Of a stretch of 64,000 bases of DNA, positions 49,001 to 60,939 are shown piece by piece; within the stretch, counting starts at the first letter, position 1, and the number at the start of each line of letters is the position of its first letter. The DNA is taken from assembly GCA_950097015.1 (NCBI GenBank), contig CATNEN010000001.1:3720001-3784000 (forward strand), given 5' to 3'. The position numbers and the translations under genes were made by a program. The notes under the pieces are model-generated. The model saw only the letters and a program-made list of their open reading frames with translations. It did no database searches and was not told where the DNA came from. This stretch comes from Macrostomum hystrix (taxonomy: Eukaryota > Animalia > Platyhelminthes).

Positions 49001-52000
49001 AACTACTCAACCTGAATATATACCTACACAACTTGAATATCTAGTGTAGCTGAGCACACCTACTCAACTTGAATATCTAGTGTAGCTGAGCACACCTACT
49101 CAACTTGAATATCTAGTTTATCTGAGCACACTTACTCAACTTGAATATCTGGTTTATCTGAGTACACCTACTCAACTTGAATATCTAGTTTATCTGAGCA
49201 CACCTACTCAACTTTAATATCTAGTTTATCTGAGCACACCTACGCAACTTGAATATCTAGTTTAGCTGAGCACACCTACTCAACTTGAATTTCTAGTTTA
49301 TCTGAGCACACCTACTCAACTTGAATATCTAGTGTAGCTGAGCACACCTACTCAACTTTAATATCTAGTTTATCTGAGCACACCTACTCAACTTGAATAT
49401 CTAGTGTAGCTGAGCACACCTACTCAACTTGAATTTCTAGTTTATCTGAGCACACCTACTCAACTTGAATATCTAGTTTATCTGAGCACACCTACTCAAC
49501 TTGAATATCTAGTGTAGCTGAGCACACCTACTCAACTTGAATATCTAGTTTATCTGAGCACACCTACTCAACTTGAATATCTAGTGTAGCTGAGCACATC
49601 TACTCAACTTGAATATCTAGTGTAGCTGAGCACACCTACGCAACTTGAATATCTAGTGTAGCTGAGCACACCTACTCAACTTGAATATCTAGTGTAGCTG
49701 AGCACACCTGCGCAACTTGAATATCTAGTTTATCTGAGTACACCTACTCAACTTGAATTTCTAGTTTATCTGAGCACACCTACTCAACTTGAATATCTAG
49801 TGTAGCTGAGCACACCTACGCAACTTAAATATCTAGTGTAGCTGAGCACATCTTCTCAACTTGAATATCTAGTGTAGCTGAGCACACCTACTCAACTTGA
49901 ATATCTAGTGTAGCTGAGCACACCTACTCAACTTGAATATCTAGTGTAGCTGAGCACACCTACTCAACTTGAATATCTAGTGTAGCTGAGCACACCTACT
50001 TAACTTGAATATCTAGTGTAGCTGAGCACACCTACTCAACTTGAATATCTAGTGTAGCTGAGCACACCTACTCAACTTGAATATCTAGTTTAGCTGAGCA
50101 CACCTACTCAACTTGAATATCTAGTTTAGCTGAGCACACCTACTCAACTTGAATATCTAGTGTAGCTGAGCACACCTACTCAACTTGAATATCTAGTGTA
50201 GCTGAGCACACCTACTCAACTTGAATATCTAGTGTAGCTGAGCACACCTACTCAACTCGAACACACCTAGATTATCTGAGCACTAACCTGAAATCCATCG
50301 AACAAATCGGAATATCTCATCCACTGAGGGTCCGGTTTCTTCTTGAGCTGTCGCACCAAATTCAACTCGTCGTGCGACTCCAGCAATCGATCGAAATCTC
50401 CCCTATTAACGCTGCGTTCAGCTTCGTCGCGTTCAATTCTAACTAGTCGAAAGTTGAGATCGCCGAACCAGAACATGCAGTGATGCTCGCTATCCGAGGT
50501 GAGAAATTCGAACTCGGTACCTCCATTATCAGAGGCCGATGCGGATGCCGATTGCAAATTACCAGTGCCATCGTCAGGTTTGACATTCACTAGCTTAAGC
50601 TTCTCTAATATGTCCTGCAGAATCGGCATGTTAGTAGGTAAGTAGCACAATTTTTAATTAACTCGTTTAGCATAATAATTTCTTAAAGCACAATATTGTT
50701 GTGTAAGAAAGGAATATTTTACATTTTATTTAAAAACATTTTTACCGAATAACTAGACCCTAACAATATGATTATCTCCAACTATCGGATAATCCTAAAC
50801 TATCGGATAATCCTAAACTATCGTATAATCCTAAACTATCGGATAATCCTAAACTATCGGATAATCCTAAACTATCGGATAATCCTAAACTATCGGATAA
50901 TCCTAAACTATCAGATAATCCTAAACTATCGGATAATCCTAAACTATCGGAAAATCCTAAACTATCGGATAATCCTAAACTATCGGATAATCCTAAACTA
51001 TCAGATAATCCTAAACTATCGGATAATCCTAAACTATCGGATAATCCTAAACTATCGGATAATCCTAAACTATCGGATAATCCTAAACTATCGGATAATC
51101 CTAAACTATCAGATAATCCTAAACTATCGGATAATCCTAAACTATCGGATAATCCTAAACTATCAGATAATCCTAAACTATCAGATAATCCTAAACTATC
51201 GGATAATCCTAAACTATCGGAAAATCCTAAACTATCGGATAATCCTAAACTATCGGATAATCCTAAACTATCGGATAATCCTAAACTATCAGATAATCCT
51301 AAACTATCGGATAATCCTAAACTATCGGAAAATCCTAAACTATCGGATAATCCTAAACTATCAGATAATCCTAAACTATCGGATAATCCTAAACTATCGG
51401 ATAATCCTAAACTATCGGATAATCCCAAACTGCCGGATAATCCCAAGAGTGAAAGTTTAGTCTTCTGTCTCACCTTATAATCCTCGTATCGCCTCTCCAG
51501 CTTGTCCTCCCCAGCAGCCAGGTGACAATTAACAAAGGTTAGGAGGGTGTCGTGCAGCTGAAATCGTATGGCGGTGCCGCCTTTATTAGCCATGAACCCC
51601 ATCAGACCGGTGGCCTGGGCGCCGCAACGCAGATTGCGAATCTCTGGAACAAGCGACTTCCTGACGGCAACCATTAGCACAGTTGAGAACAATTTCACCG
51701 TTTTCAACACCTGGTACTCGTTTTCAGCGGCGAAAGCTCTGCGACACAGTTCGCACCAGCGAGCCTGCCTCTCTGAGCAGTAGGTTGTCAGGTAGTTCCT
51801 AGTTGACATGTCCAACTCCTGACAAAGCAATTCAAGCATTGTTTTTTATTTCACAGATTATTGTAACTTTTCATAGTTGAAGTTTTGTATTAAAAACTAA
51901 CTCACTCAGTCCTACTACCTACTCATTAATTTAGAAATGCATCTATTCATTATAAGCTTTCTCATCGCATCTCACCTTTCTCATCGCATCTCACCTTCTC

Positions 52001-53280
52001 ATCACTTCTCACCTGTTTCATCGCTTCTCACCTTTCTCATCGCTTATTATCTTTCTCATCGCTTCTCACATTTCTCATCGCTTCTCACCTTTCTCATCGC
52101 TTCTCACCTTTCTCATCGCTTCTCACCTTTCTCATCTTTCTCATCAATTATTATCTTTTATATCGCTTCTTATCTTTCTCATCGCTTCTCATCCTTCTCA
52201 TCGCTTCTCATCCTTCTCATCGCTTCTCATCCTTCTCATCGCTTCTCATCCTTCTCATCGCTTCTCACATTTCTCACCTTTCACATCGCTTCTCACCTTT
52301 CTCATCGCTTCTCATAGCTTCTCACCTTTCTCACCTTTCACATCGCTTCTCACCTTTCTCATCGCTTCTCATCTATCTCATCGCTTCTTACCTTTCTGAT
52401 TGCATCTCACCTTTCTCATCTTTCTCATCGCTTCTCATCTTTCTTATCACGTCTCACCTTTCTCATCGCTTCTCACATTTCTCATCGCTTCTCACCTTTC
52501 TCATCGCTTCTCACCTTTCTCATCGCTTCTCACCTTTCTCATCGCTTCTCACCTTTCTCATCTTTCTCATCAATTATTATCTTTTATATCGCTTCTTATC
52601 TTTCTCATCGCTTCTCATCCTTCTCATCGCTTCTCACATTTCTCACCTTTCACATCGCTTCTCACCTTTCTCATCGCTTCTCATCCTTCTCATTGCTTCT
52701 CACCTTTCTCACCTTTCACATCGCTTCTCACCTTTCTCATCGCTTCTCACCCATCTCATCGCTTCTTACCTTTCTCATTGCATCTCACCTTCCTCATCTT
52801 TCTCATCTTTCTCATCACATCTCACCTTTCTCATCGCTTCTCACATTTCTCATCGCTTTTCACCTTTCACACCGCTTCTCACATCTTTCTCATTAGTATC
52901 ATTATCATGGCCCCCAAAAGCCGAACCTGAAAGCCCAGCGCGTAGACATCTGGGGCCGTGTCGCCGCATCGCAGCCACTTAGTGAGATCCTCAGATTCGC
53001 TAAATTGATTATTAACATTCCAGGTGCCGCAGAACACATTCAGGCCAATATAATCTGTGAAATCGTGATGCCGCTCGTGTAGTCGATAGCGCAACAGCTC
53101 CTCCCTGGCTTGCTCATACTCATCGCCAGGCCCACCACTAGTACAGAAGGTGTCCCGTTTGCCAGCTAAGGTGAGCAAATCTTCAGTCGATGGCTGGGGA
53201 TAATCGCTAGAAATGTCAGCCTGGATATCATCTGGCACTGGACTCGAGTAGCCAACACTGCTGCTGCTTTTGAATGACAT
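40082..53280 (-). CDS. OCRL: OCRL/INPP5B-like inositol polyphosphate 5-phosphatase (5-phosphatase, ASH, RhoGAP-like), exons 53280-52927, 51818-51474, 50614-50288, 47378-47061, 45941-45651, 43958-43685 (or 43697), 42791-42487, 40303-40082 (about 811 aa)
   Basis: FCGTWNVN, PDVYALGFQEL, MANKGGTAIRF, FVNCHLAAG, FWFGDLNFR, PSYKF, PSWCDRVL, SDHKPV; ASH domain FGQV...NTGRVP...EDILV; PTCFGLPL; RhoGAP-like LPREVVRLV. The exon-6 donor is ambiguous between two phase-1 sites. Confidence 0.93.
40340..42435. repeat. G-rich about 24-27-bp satellite (GnATGGGGTTCGGTGTTTGA), OCRL intron 7
   Basis: Tandem copies with variable G-run length. Confidence 0.95.
42870..43530. repeat. About 19-20-bp minisatellite (AAATCCCTAGATTCTTAAC), OCRL intron 6
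   Basis: Tandem copies. Confidence 0.92.
44200..45420. repeat. 28-bp minisatellite (GTTTCTAAGAAAGGTTGGCTAAGATGAG), OCRL intron 5
   Basis: Tandem copies. Confidence 0.94.
46075..47032. repeat. 20-bp minisatellite (ACCCTACTCACTCTTGAGTA) with 60-bp higher-order structure, OCRL intron 4
   Basis: Tandem copies. Confidence 0.94.
47530..50262. repeat. Compound array: 21-bp CCTACTCAACCTGAATACACG, then 36-bp CACACCTACTCAACTTGAATATCTAGTGTAGCTGAG, OCRL intron 3
   Basis: The unit switches at about 49020; both units share the CCTACTCAACYTGAAT core. Confidence 0.95.
50780..51445. repeat. 18-bp minisatellite (CTATCGGATAATCCTAAA), OCRL intron 2
   Basis: Tandem copies. Confidence 0.95.
51955..52892. repeat. 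About 19-bp minisatellite (CTCACCTTTCTCATCGCTT), OCRL intron 1
   Basis: Tandem copies. Confidence 0.92.
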
Positions 53281-53519
53281 CTCTGTTGGCAAATAAAGCA
53301 CTTTAATTCTTCACTACTAAGCTGTTAGCTTGTTGTGCTTGCACTTTTAAGAAGCTTCAGAACTAGCTGCAGTAGTTGCTAAAAATAAGGTATAATTGAC
53401 TGTTTTGCTAATCTAAATTAGAAAATGTAAAAGCTTAAGTTCTCATGAAACAAACTATTCAGCAGGTAATAATATTAACAATGCAAATAACTGATTTTCA
53501 TCTATCCAAATTAATCCAG

Positions 53520-53772
53520 ATGCATTGCTGATAGCTGCAGCTGATTTTCCCCATATAAGAAGGTTGCATAAAGCTGTTTAGTCCATTGACTGGGGGGAAA
53601 TGACACCTAGCTTCGATTACCCAAGCTTATTCTAAGTACCTATTTAACAGCTTAGTGAAATAAAACAATGTAGGGATGTGCTTTTTAAGGGGAAAATTTT
53701 TTTATTGGAGTCAAGAAATGAACCACAACTGCCAAGTAGCAAGTCTAACGCTCTAACCACTAAGCAACAACC
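53520..53772 (-). mobile_element. Old, degenerate SINE family B copy
   Basis: Reverse complement reads gcttagtggttagagcgttagac...gctgttaaataggtac...ccccagtcaatggactaaacagc. Confidence 0.65.
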
Positions 53773-55449
53773 TTTCTATTCAGACACAAATTTGATTAAA
53801 ATTATCAATTAACATATAACTATTACTTATACTGAAAACTAAATTATCTAATTTATTCATAAAAATTCAACATGCTTAATTAAACTTAAACTGTATTGTG
53901 ACGTTGTCTCTCTAATTTAATGTAAGTTTAATATGCTATTTCTAATTAAGTGCATTATTTTCGTTAGATATAATTGTTAGAGATATTTCTTTGGTTTTAC
54001 ATTAATATTTATAATGAATTTGTTTTAGTATACTATATAGTCGTATTCAAATGTTCTAATTAGGCCTTTTCAGGAAGACTCTCTCCCCCCCGTGCCTGGT
54101 TCTGGTTCTACGACTGAGTGCTGGCTATTATTTAAGTGTGGCTAATTTCAACTGTAGCCGTAACTACTTTCAAGTGAATCTTGATATATCTCTATATGTC
54201 TCTAAGTAACATATCTCTAAGTCATATAGCCAGCATTCACCATTAAGCGATCTCGTTATTTGAAGACCCAATTTACTGCCGAATAATAATTTACCTTACT
54301 GCTATTCAAATAGACCGAACCGCTACGCCTATACATTGGGACCGAAACTTCGTCATAGTATTATTGAATCTAGCAAATTATACAAAATTGAGAAGAACAA
54401 TATTATGTACTTATCACATAGGCCTAATGCAACAAAATATTTAGATATGGGCATGGGGCTAATACAAATGAAAAAAATAAACAAGAGTGACAAAGATAAC
54501 TAGCAAATATATATTTCTATGTATAAATGCAGCTGTTATAAGGCTACTTTAAATAAAAAATATTAATATACATAGTAATCTTGCAACTCTAAGTGAACTA
54601 CTAAAATGAAAGCAAATTATTATACTTCAAAAACACTTCCTATCAAACTAGACTAGGAATTAGTTTGACATGTACAACATTTAACATTAGGTCTAGGCTT
54701 AGCCTTAGCACAATAAATTAATGAGCATAGTAGTTAATTACCATTTTAGCAAGTTAGGGAATACACCTGACAAGTTCCAAGACTAAAAAATAACAGAATG
54801 AGTTGTATCAAGAGACCAGAAAAGAAAAAATATGATACTAAAAAGCTACAATGAACAATAAAGGTTAAAATAAATGTTAAAATAAAGATTAAGATAAAAT
54901 AACAACCTACTAAAATTGCATTATTTTAAATTAGCTGATAACAACACTCAAGACTCCCGAATGAAAGCAAACATGTTAAGTTATAACGTACTATTTTGTT
55001 TGATAACCCTTCCTGAGCATTTTCTAGGAAACTTATCTTTAAATGTACGGCCGTGAAAATTCAGTGAAAATCGTAAATATTGCGTGTTAAGTAAAAGAGA
55101 TGATAAGTTAGCGCATTCGGAAACTGAGGCGACGAAGAGCGAATGCGGCTCAGAAAAGACTAATGATCGTCTATTAGTGAAGAAAGGATGACCAATTTGA
55201 TCGACTGAGGTTGCTCCTGGGAACAACGCGTGTTTAAACCAGAAATAAAGAGTTTCAGAATTCAGAGTGTTTTCTGCAGTCCAATCTTGGTATCAAACAT
55301 CACTGAAGCCACTAATGAAACATGAGAACGTTTTTTCTATATATCTTATGAACTTGTTATCTGGACCTATGAGAGGATGTGGCCCCTAACTTAAGGTGCC
55401 CCTAAATAAAGAATTAGAACAGGAAGCTGCCCGAGATAATCATGATGAA

Positions 55450-56360
55450 GATCTGCCTGCCGCTTTGCTGACTTTAAGCCATGGATTGCAACTGAGATGC
55501 GCAAGTTCATTGCCAAGGTTCTTTTCAGATTAATAAAGATTAACATTAACGGCATTAATGCGACGTCTACAACTGGCAAGAAAGCGAAGTGCAACTAGCT
55601 GAATTGTTATGGAGTCTGCGACAGGATACCTCTGGAATTTTCCAATCACTCTGTTGAGGCTGGGTACGCTGAATTCGGAGCCGGTTTGCAATGCAAGCCG
55701 CTGCTCACGAGCGAGCGTATTGTTGTTGTGTTAAGCTGTGTGAGCTTCCTAGTTGACGGATATCATATTTTCACGGATACCTGGTTCACATCGCACAAGC
55801 GATGTGACCACCTACTTACTCAACAAAATGCAAAGACAAAGTTGTTGGCGCGCCGGGTCAGGCATTCGTGAGAAGCAAAGCCATTCTCGCTATTAAACTG
55901 ATAGACACAGTACATGCCTGCTGCCTGCATTGACATTCGCATGACAAATGACAGTCGATCGGTTGGCGCAGTTGAGCAAGTCCCGAAGACAAAAGCTTGT
56001 CGAGTGCAATCGCAACATTAGTGGTGTGGACCGATTTGATGCTTCCCTTGCACCTGTACTATCCTGCACCTTTACTATCCTGTACCTGTACGAAAGTCCT
56101 ACAAATTGGTTCTGGAAAATAGCTTCTATCAGATTCTATCACCTGTGCGTAACGCCACGACTTTGAACAAGAAGTTTATGTGGCTCGACCAATCAAGCGC
56201 TACTGAATTTGCTTAATGGCTCAAGGCGTTCCTGGAAATAAAATTGTATTCTGTTGCAGTGGCATCTGCAGTGGCAACTGCAGTTGCAATTGTGTATGTC
56301 CTGTCAAAGCATGCATGGTCTTTGCCCAGATCCATGCATGTTTCCGAATCTGGCACATGG
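55450..56360 (+). mobile_element. Decayed piggyBac (PGBD-like) transposase remnant
   Basis: Ordered fragments IATEMRKFIA, ESATGYLWNF, DGYHIFTDTWFTS, NRNISGVDRFD and a Cys-rich end C..CPVKAC...CFRIWH, with stops, frameshifts and deletions. TTAA/TIR ends were not identified. Confidence 0.8.
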
Positions 56361-57221
56361 ACTCGGTGATGGAAATCAAAAAGAGGATAGCGTCTAATTG
56401 TTCTTGCACTAGTAAATTTTCGTGAAATTTAAGTGAATTTCGTTTTTTTTTATTTTGTTTCTAATTCCATTATGATTAATATTTTTTCAAGTTCCATAAA
56501 CTTCGAACTCCAGTTTCGCAAATTACGAGGTATTTCGAATACTCAATTGCAGCCTAGCATTTTGTTTTGCTTCAACTCGATGCAATTGAACAAAACAATT
56601 TAATTTTCGATTTGTGTTACGAATTATTTTGCACGGCCCGTGATGTGCAGGCAATTTCGGATAGCTGGAATGATTTTTGACAGATCTGAGATATTGTTTT
56701 TTAACTCTGGACTCTCACGATGCCTATGTATGCATGGCCTATGTGGCACCCATTTCAGCAATTATATCAAGAGGAAATCATATCGAGATCTCTTCGCAAC
56801 TGCATCGGCAGTCAGCAGATCCTAACAGATTTTAGCCAGATTTTTACCGTTTTAATTAATAAAAGAGGAGAAAACTGCAAGGCTATGTTATCATGAATTT
56901 CCTAGCAAGACGATCCTGAGTCGACGAAAATGTATTTGTGCACAATTCATCGTACTGCGATAGCATCGCCCGCGCGAGCTGTTGCTCCATGCTGCATGGG
57001 ACTAACAAATTTAGAAACAAAAAAACTGCTTTTTTGCATTGTTGCACAACCACCGATCTCTGTGTCGTCAACACAAACAAAAAAGCAAATGAGGATAGCT
57101 GGGGTATGATAAAAGACGGCATTTTCGCGATCGGAAAACCCACACACATTGCTGTGGCTTGAATGAAACTCCAGTGATTCATTGCTTCACAATATTGTCA
57201 AATTTAATTAGTTAAGCGGAA

Positions 57222-58540
57222 ATGTCCCCGCTATTTATGTTTGTTATTTTGTTATACTCGCTGCAAATTATTAACATAGATTCTAACCAATCTGTCTCTG
57301 GAGCTTTGACCGAACGAACCTACTGGGAGCTGGTGCGCGAGGATCTGCAAGAGTACATCCAGCAAGGCTCGGCTTTGTTGAGAAACTACTTGGCCTGCTT
57401 GGATCTGGGAAACAGTTTGGACTCTGACGCTGTTGGGTTTAACGAATCTGCCAGCATTTGCAATCTGTACAGCTGCATGTGGGGAAAATGGGGCTGCAGA
57501 AAGTGCAGAAACAGGTTTAACAACAATGGTCATCTAATGTGGGTAAGTTTCAGGTGCTTTGTTTAACGTGTGTACCTCACAGGTACAGTTGTAGTATGAC
57601 TAGTAGAAGGTGTTGAAGTCCTGTGCTACGAGAACAGTGTCGGATTCACGACTCGAAAGTCAGAAGTTCGATTTTCTACTCCACTGCAACAATCTGTGTA
57701 ATTTGACAAGACGTCACTTTGCATTGTTTCAATTCGTTAAAAAACGCAGTAGCTTTAGCTGTGAGTAATTGCAATTACCCATGAGGGTGGGTGTGGCGTA
57801 CAATTAGTCCAAGAACTGAACAGTCAGTGATTTTTGTAGTATCTCTTGCTTTTCGCCGTTAACATAAGTAGTATATAGCGCAGCGATACAGAACTTGATG
57901 TTTTTTATTTAAAAACGCATTTTAGGTGCGACCCTTGCTAAACGGCAACAATAGAATGTTCTGCTGGCGCACTTTCCAACATCGTGTTGACGAATCAGTG
58001 CTGTTTAACCGATCGTGGAACGAATACCAAGTTGGATTTGGTCAGGGCGAGAGCCGCAACTTCTGGCTCGGCCTTGACGCTCTGCACATGGCCACCAAGG
58101 ACGGCGATCGACGAGTTCGCTGGGAGCTGACGACGTGGCCAGGCGTGCCGTACTGGTCTGAGAATGAGCACATTATTGTTGCCGGGCCAACTGATAACTA
58201 TAGACTCAGCCTCGGACCGCTAGACTCAAACCGGTCCACACTGGAAATGGACGATCTCAACAATCAGAGGTCGGCAAACAATCGTTCCTTTTCAACTTAC
58301 GACCGTGACAACGATTTGTCGCCAAAAAGCTGCGCCGACTTGTATTATTCCGGCTGGTGGTTCGGCAAATGCTTCTGGATGAATCCCAATGGTCGATATT
58401 TCAATTTCGAAGCCACTGGTCCCGGCGAAACTAATGGGCCTGCGATGGTATACATGTGGCCAGGCTCAACATATCCATTCATTAGCTGGTATTCCTTACG
58501 ATCTTTCGAGTGCCTCATCGTCGAGTTTCTCAGCCCATAG
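57222..58540 (+). CDS. Secreted fibrinogen-related domain protein (FReD), exons 57222-57542 and 57926-58540 (311 aa)
   Basis: Signal peptide. FBG motifs FQHRVDESVLFNRSWNEYQVGFG, NFWLGLDALH, FSTYDRDND, CADLYYSGWWFGKCFWMNPNG. Donor TGG|GTAAGT and acceptor ttttAG are phase 0. Confidence 0.9.
57610..57830 (+). mobile_element. Degenerate SINE family B copy in the FReD intron
   Basis: gtcagaagttcgatt, gacaagacgtcactttgcattgtttca, gagggtgggtgtggcgt...agtccaagaactgaacag. Confidence 0.55.
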
Positions 58541-58884
58541 TTTGGTTCAGCAATATAGATTTAAACAACATTATTATAATATTATTTTAACAGTGTTGCA
58601 GTACGACTACAGATTTATAACATTGCGGCGAATCAAAATCTTGCTACTTCTTGTTTCAATAAATTCTCAACCATTCTGTCAATTTAATATGAAAAGAAAA
58701 ACTACAAACGAAAATATACTTTTAACTGTCTTTAAAAAACTATTAGTTTTTTTCATTGAAGCCACCACAGAAAAGTTATCAGTGAAGAAAGATTGCTTTG
58801 TTTAAAATAATTTGAACTCCGAGTCAGAGCTGTCTCAGATTATAGATACTAAATAAGATAAAAAATTGAATAGAGACAAAAATG

Positions 58885-59400
58885 TTGTCTTATCTATCCC
58901 GTGTCTCATCTCACCCATGTCTCATCTCTCCCGTGTCTCATCTCTCCCGTTTCTCATCTCTCCCGTGTCTCATATTTCCTGTGTCTCATCTCTCCCGTGT
59001 CTCATCTCTCCCGGGTCTAATCTCTCCTGTGTCTCATCTCTCCCGTTTCTCAGCTCTCCCGTGTCTCATCTCTCCCGTTTCTCATCTCACCCGTGTCTCA
59101 TCTCACCCGTGTCTCATCTCTCCCGTGTCTCATCTCTCCTGTGTCTCATCTCTCCCGTTTCTCAGCTCTCCCGTGTCTCATCTCTCCCGTGTCTCATCTC
59201 TCCCGTGTCTCATCTCTCCCGTGTCTCATCTCACCCGTGTCTCATCTCTCCCGTGTCTCATCTCTCCCGTGTCTCATCTCTCTGGTATCTCATCTCTCTG
59301 GTATCTCATCTCTCCAGCATCTCATCTCTCTGGTATCTCATCTCTCCAGCATCTCATCTCTCTGGTATCTCATCGCTCCAGCATCTCATCTCTCTATCCC
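58885..59400. repeat. 17-bp array (GTCTCATCTCTCCCGT-type), reverse complement of the MITE-internal repeat, without TIRs
   Basis: Tandem copies; the same unit as 33170-33430, on the opposite strand. Confidence 0.9.
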
Positions 59401-59980
59401 TTGCGCCTGTTTTCTTCATTTTAGTTTCCACTTTCTTAATTATCAATTCAGGAGATGCAGTTAGCTTAATGTTTTCAGGTTTTCAAGCTCAACTGCGTTG
59501 GTGTTTTTCTAAATTTCCCAATTCAATAAACGTGATAATTTATTAAAAGTTAGTTGCATTTTTTCGATTTAAAAATAAACACTCAGTTAGCAGCGTTTTG
59601 CAAAAAAATTTTGCTCAATATGCTTCATCAATTCCAGTCATTATCCAGGAATTCATATCGATCTGTGCGCAAAATGCAATGAACAAGATCACAAAAAAAT
59701 TAAATATTTAAAAGAAGAGAAATCTGATTGTTTTAATGAACTGTCAGGCAGATCGATCGGGTTAGACTACAGAGACCACAATTCGTGTGTGAATGCAGCG
59801 TTCTGTGATAAACATCGCTTGCGCGAGCTCTAGCAGGTAACAATCCATTTTAGAACCGAATCTGTTTTTTTATATTCCTCAGAATGGGGGATTTGGTTTA
59901 TCATTAGCATTGGTTAATTACCGACATTCCGCTTGGCAATTGCTTAGAAGTGCTGTGAAAGAGTAAATTAGCAAATTGCA

Positions 59981-60600
59981 ATGCTTCGTCCACTATTAAA
60001 GTTAGTTGTTTTGTTAAACTCGCGGCAAATTATTAGCATTAATTCAAATTTACTACAGATGGCCGGAGCTGCAGATATCGAGCGAACTGGCAGCTGGTGC
60101 GCGACGGTCAGCAAGAGTTTAACTCTGACGCTGTTGGGTTTAACGAATCTGACAGCTTTTGCAATCGTTGCAGCTGCATCTGGGGATAATGAGGCCGCAG
60201 AAAGTGCAGAAACAGATTTAACAACAATGGCCATCTATTGTGGGTAATTTTGGAATTGTAAGCGTGCTCGGCACTTACTAAACAACAACAGCAAACTGTT
60301 CTGTTGGCGCAACTTTCCAATGGAAGATCGGAATGGACGATATCAACAGTTTAAGCTCGGCTTTTTCAACCTTCGACAATGACAACGATTCGGCGCTAAG
60401 CGGAATTGCGCCAGATCCTACTCGTCTGACTGGTGGCTCGCAGAATGCTTCTGGAAATGTCGCTTCGTCAACTTTGAAGCCAAGGCTGTTGGCGAAACTG
60501 TTGTGCCAATGATGTTGTACACCTGGCCTGGATCAAAATATCCGTTTGTTCTCTGGTACTTAATGAGTGCCTCATTGTTGAGATTGTCTAAACCTAGCTC
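59981..60600 (+). pseudogene. Degraded tandem paralogue of the FReD gene
   Basis: Colinear similarity to 57222-58540 (gactctgacgctgttgggtttaacgaatctg, cagaaagtgcagaaacag, ttttcaaccttcgacaatgacaacgat) with frameshifts, an internal deletion of the FBG N-half and a collapsed intron. Confidence 0.85.
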
Positions 60601-60939
60601 AAGATAAGTCAACAGTCAATGAAAACCTACAGATAAATTGTTTAAACAGTCTTCATTCTAGCAAATCATGACATGTCATTTTTAAAAACACCTTTGAAAA
60701 AAGTTTTTCAAGACACACTTTCTTACATGTACGAGAATATAACTATCAAATCTGAAACAATAATTATAATAAAATGCCGCTATCTTTAATTTTTTCGCTG
60801 AAACAAGGATTACCAGACTCTAAAAAAATGCCGATTTTCAAAAATCCGTTCCATTTAATGAGTGTATTTTAGTTAAGAAAAAACTATACTATAAATTCAA
60901 TAGGAGAGATGAGAACTGAGATGAGAACTGAGGGATGAG

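Noticed and set aside
47517-49031. 504-aa ORF (RLSRRVF)n and similar long repetitive ORFs (30407-31381, 40294-42102, 16384-17142, 50768-51460, 58866-59546)
   Set aside because: These are by-products of stop-free tandem units lying in introns or MITEs; there is no evidence of coding function.
50772-51473. Read-through of OCRL exon 2 into an (LGLSDS)n tail
   Set aside because: A good AAG|GTGAG donor at 51473 joins in phase to exon 3. The open frame follows from the 18-bp unit.
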